Shown: piece by piece, positions 60,585 through 64,000 of the stretch
Layout of the letters: each line of letters starts with the position of its first letter
How positions within the stretch are numbered: the stretch's first letter is position 1
Source: Squalus acanthias
Taxonomy: Eukaryota
Assembly (NCBI GenBank): GCA_030390025.1
Contig: CM059425.1
Location: 170,626,001 to 170,690,000 of the forward strand
Reading direction: 5' to 3'
DNA: 64,000 bases
Translations under genes and position numbers: made by a program
Notes under the pieces: model-generated
Database searches by the model: none
What the model saw: only the letters and a program-made list of their open reading frames with translations
What the model was told of the DNA's origin: nothing

Positions 60585-61210
60585 CAGAGTTTACTCTGGA
60601 TACAGAGTTTACTCCAAACATTCGCAACCTGCATAAAGTTCAATCTGTCTTCCAAATGCAGTAAGCAACGGATTCTGAGCTTGGAAAGTGAACAGCTGTG
60701 AGATGGGAGCTTTTATACAACATTTTCAGCTGTCAAGTAAAGAGATCAGTTCATGGTGACACAACTCCCGACCTGCTTACCTGATGTGATCCCCGAGCAG
60801 CAGGGAACCCGTGGGCAACCTCGTAAAATATTAAGGTGAGCTCAAAATTTTCTTTAACAGTCTGTTACCAGGTCTTAATCACCTAAATGGCCTCCCCTGC
60901 TGCTTGGTGTCGGGTTAGCTCAGCGCTGACAGACCCAACATCTGGGAAACTAGTGTGGCGGTGGGTTAACAGCGGGTTCCCTACCCGCTGTCCAAAAAAT
61001 TTTTTCCCACCTGACCCGCCACCAAACGTGCCCGCTGACCCCCAAAAAATTCCCCCCCCATGTTACTGTATATATCTCCCAGGTAAAAGAAAGAACTTGC
61101 ATTTATATAGCACCTTATCATGACATCACAAAGCACTTTACAACCAATGAATTACTTTTGAACTGCAGGAAAAGACGTCAAAGTATTTACGTGCTCCCTT
61201 CCACATTCTT

Positions 61211-62821
61211 GGGGGGAGTTTTAACCTAAAAAAAATGGGTGCATTGGGGACATGTGGGAAGTTTACGGGCTAGAAATTGGGTACCTCAGCGCCTCCCGTT
61301 AGTGCCTCCGGGGGGCGCTAATGGGGCGCAAATGACTTTTGGTCCGGGCACGGCGCTGCTAATGACTCCCACTAAATTCAGCGGGAATTTAGCGGCGGCA
61401 GTAACCGGTAGTGCCCCGCTCCGCTGCGCAGGCAATGACGACATCATCACCGTGAGCAGCGCCCTGTTTTCGCCCCGCCTGCAAAATTGGCCCGCGCCCC
61501 CTGAATCTGCGCCGGGCGATGACAGCAACCGATTCGGGGGCGGGAACGGAACGGAAGGAGGCTCGCAGGGCGATAAGTAAAGGGGAGGTGGCAGGCGAGG
61601 AAAAATAAATGGGCCGACTTTCTTGTCGCGGCCCGTTGTGTCTTTGAACGCGGGGTCCGTGCCGCGATCTGGCTGCCCGGCACTCCTCTTGAGTGCCGGG
61701 CTGCTGGCACAGCACCCCACTCCCCAGTGGTCCAGGTAGGGCCCCGTAGAGTTGTGGGTTTGGGCCCTGCCCTTTAATGAAGAGAAGAGCCTTTCCATGC
61801 GGCAGTGCTACGTGGCCATGTGTAGCGCTGCAGAACGCACCACCCCGATATTTGGGGTTAGCGCTCTAAGAAGAAAGTGGAGCGCTTGAATTAGTGCTCC
61901 ACCTCCCTCTTGGGGCAGTAAAACTGAATTTCGCGGTCGCCAGCGCTAATTAGCACCGGGCACTAAAGTTAGGGCCCAGGCAATGTTCGTGCCCCAAAAT
62001 GGTCGATACCGATTTTTTCCCCCCCAGAGTGTTAAAGATCTGAATCCCAGCCTGAACCCACCTCCAACCCACCCACTTCCAGTTGTAACGGTAGCGGGAC
62101 GGGGTAGGGCAGCCAATCCGCTGCCAGGAAGCGGGACGTCTATTTAAATAATATAATGAAGCTGGAAGCCTCTGCTTTAACCTCCATTTTGAATTTAACT
62201 TTAGATGGTCGGGTTTTGCACACCTCGTGAAACCCGCCAGCTAATGCAAGGCGTGGACTGCTGGATGCAGGAGGTAAGTGCCTTTACACTTACCTCCTGG
62301 ATCCAGGGACCCTGCCTAACCCACTCCCCCGTAATCGTAGACCACCCCATGAGGCCGCCGATCCCCCCCACGAGACCTCCTCTCCCACCCCCCCCCCACC
62401 CCAGGACTCCGATCTCCACCCCCATCCCCTGATCACACCCCCAGGTCTCCAATCACACCCCCCCACAGGCCTCCGATGCCCCCCACCCGTCCTCCGATCA
62501 CCCCTAGGCATCTGATCTCCCCCACAAGGCCTCCCCCCCAAGCCTCCGATCCCCACCACGAGGCCTCACCCCCCACCCCGCACCCCTCCCCCCATGCTCC
62601 TCCCTCCCTCCTCTCTGCGGCCGAGTGTCACAGGCCTACCCACCCAGAGCCAGACAGCCTCTCAATCTGGCTGGCTGCAGGTTGGAAACAAAGGATTTCC
62701 CTGCAAATCAGCCCCTGCCATTAAATTCGGCAGGACCTGCAGGAAATCCGTTCTCCCGGGTTTCCCGACCACTTCAGAGCACGCTCACCCCCAACCCGCC
62801 TTCCCCATTAAAATTCAGCCC
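61211..62821. mobile_element. Nested Harbinger-type MITEs (inner ~61267-61995, outer ~61211-62821)
   Basis: The inner element starts gggctagaaattgg and carries cgcctcccgttag.gcc...ggcgctaatggggcgcaaa as at 13161-13203. The outer element ends aaaattcagccc. Confidence 0.7.
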
Positions 62822-62846
62822 TTAGTGTTTTCTACAGATGTTGTAT

Positions 62847-63320
62847 TCAACAACAACTTGCATTTATATAGTGCCTTTAATGTAGTAAAACATCCCAAGG
62901 CGCTTCACCGGCGCGTTATCAAACTATAAAGCCACATAAGGAGATATTAGGGCAGAGAGGTAGGTTTTAAGGAACATCTTAAAGGAGCAAAGAGAGGTAA
63001 AGAGGCGGGAAGTTTTAGGCAGGGAATTCCAGAGCTTAGGGCCTTGCCAGCTGATGGAGCAATGGTGGAGCAATTAAAATCAGGGATGCGCAAGAGGCCA
63101 GAGGAGCACAGATATCTGGGAGGTTGGCCAGGAATATTTTGGAATAGTCAAGTCTAGAGGTAACAAAGGCATGGATGAGGGTTTCAGCAGCAGGTGAGCT
63201 GAGGCAGGGATAGAATTGGGCGATGTTCGGGAGGTGGAAATGGGTGGTCTTAGTGGCGACACGGATATATGGTCGGTAGCTCACCTCGGGGTCAAATATG
63301 ATACCAAGGTTGCGAACAAA
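62847..63320 (-). mobile_element. L2 3' end
   Basis: (caa)n tail and AAETLIHAFVTSRLDYS (L2 ORF2 C-terminus) in ORF 63036..63284. Confidence 0.85.
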
Positions 63321-64000
63321 TGGGAGGTTTTAAAAAGTTAATGGATAGCTAACTAAGCATTGTTCCCTCTAAGCTGCGCGGCCACGCTGCCACGCAGTTG
63401 TCTGCCAGTCCCACCCACCCCAGGACCAGCTTTTCCGATGTGACATTTCGCACATGAGCGAAACTTTGAATGGGCCACACAGCCCGTTAAAGGGACCGCG
63501 CACCCAAAAAAAATTAGGGGGAAGATTGGTAATAAGCCTTCCTGTTACCCCACTGTCCACTCTCTTATTTTGTTATTCGTTCATGCTATCATATGACAAC
63601 ATCATACCATCCAATGTTACAACTGAAAGCCAGAGATTATTGTTCAGCTAAAGCGTTGAGTATTTTTCTGAAAAACTGAGAGAAGATCTTATTACACAAG
63701 TGCTTCACAGAGGTATTGACTGGGATATTGTGAAATAGTTGTTAGTCTAATTGGATGCTCATTTTAATTGATGCATGTTTACCATGAAATAAAGCAGTGA
63801 AGACTAGAATTCTAAATCATAGACAGCTTTAAGAAAGAGAGGAACGTCATGTAGTATTAATCTGATTACTTTTCATTGCAGAACTAGATGGAAACCTGGA
63901 GCAAACATTATATGATATTATAATAAATTGTTATGGGTTCAGTCCTGTCATCGTTAACCTTAGTACCTGATAGTGAACATAATCTTCAATTGCTCTCAAC

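Larger units (their letters stand above)
59677..60595 (-). mobile_element. 5'-truncated Penelope-like retroelement (Neptune-type) with GIY-YIG endonuclease and 3' pLTR
   Basis: TSD CTGGATACAGA (59666-59676 / 60596-60606), GIY-YIG ORF and a hammerhead motif near the 3' end. Confidence 0.9.
58072..61058 (+). mobile_element. Non-autonomous Harbinger (same family as 42579-44348) with nested SINE/CR1-tail fragment (~58128-58412) and Penelope
   Basis: gggctgcaatttc / aaaattccccccc ends. Myb exon 1 remnant AAPRLSHDSLHMLMEGVTARREVLFPS...AWLHIAEE...RTRLQWRKPFNDL. Collinear with the reverse complement of 42579-44348. Confidence 0.85.

Overview
Eukaryotic, repeat-dense genomic DNA, most likely from a cartilaginous fish (shark/ray-type CR1, L2, SINE, Penelope and Harbinger repertoire; this is an inference from repeat content). 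I found no convincing host protein-coding gene. The region 1-44 kb is almost entirely nested transposable elements. It includes a full-length two-gene PIF/Harbinger DNA transposon (13139-17289; 12-bp TIRs, TCA TSD, HARBI1-like DDE transposase convergent with a 3-exon Myb/SANT gene), its internal-deletion derivative, a second degenerate two-gene Harbinger, a family of Myb-retaining and transposase-deleted Harbingers, and many Harbinger-type MITEs. It also includes a full-length CR1 LINE (esterase ORF1, APE/RT ORF2, 3x76-bp TATA-containing 5' monomers), other CR1 and L2 copies, and a single-ORF LINE fused to a tRNA-Thr-like head. Penelope-like elements at about 30.2, 39.9 and 60 kb carry minimal hammerhead ribozyme motifs. 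The region 44.4-58 kb is mostly AT-rich non-coding sequence with scattered MITEs and LINE ends. Coordinates were read by eye; ends supported by a TIR or TSD are precise and the others are approximate.
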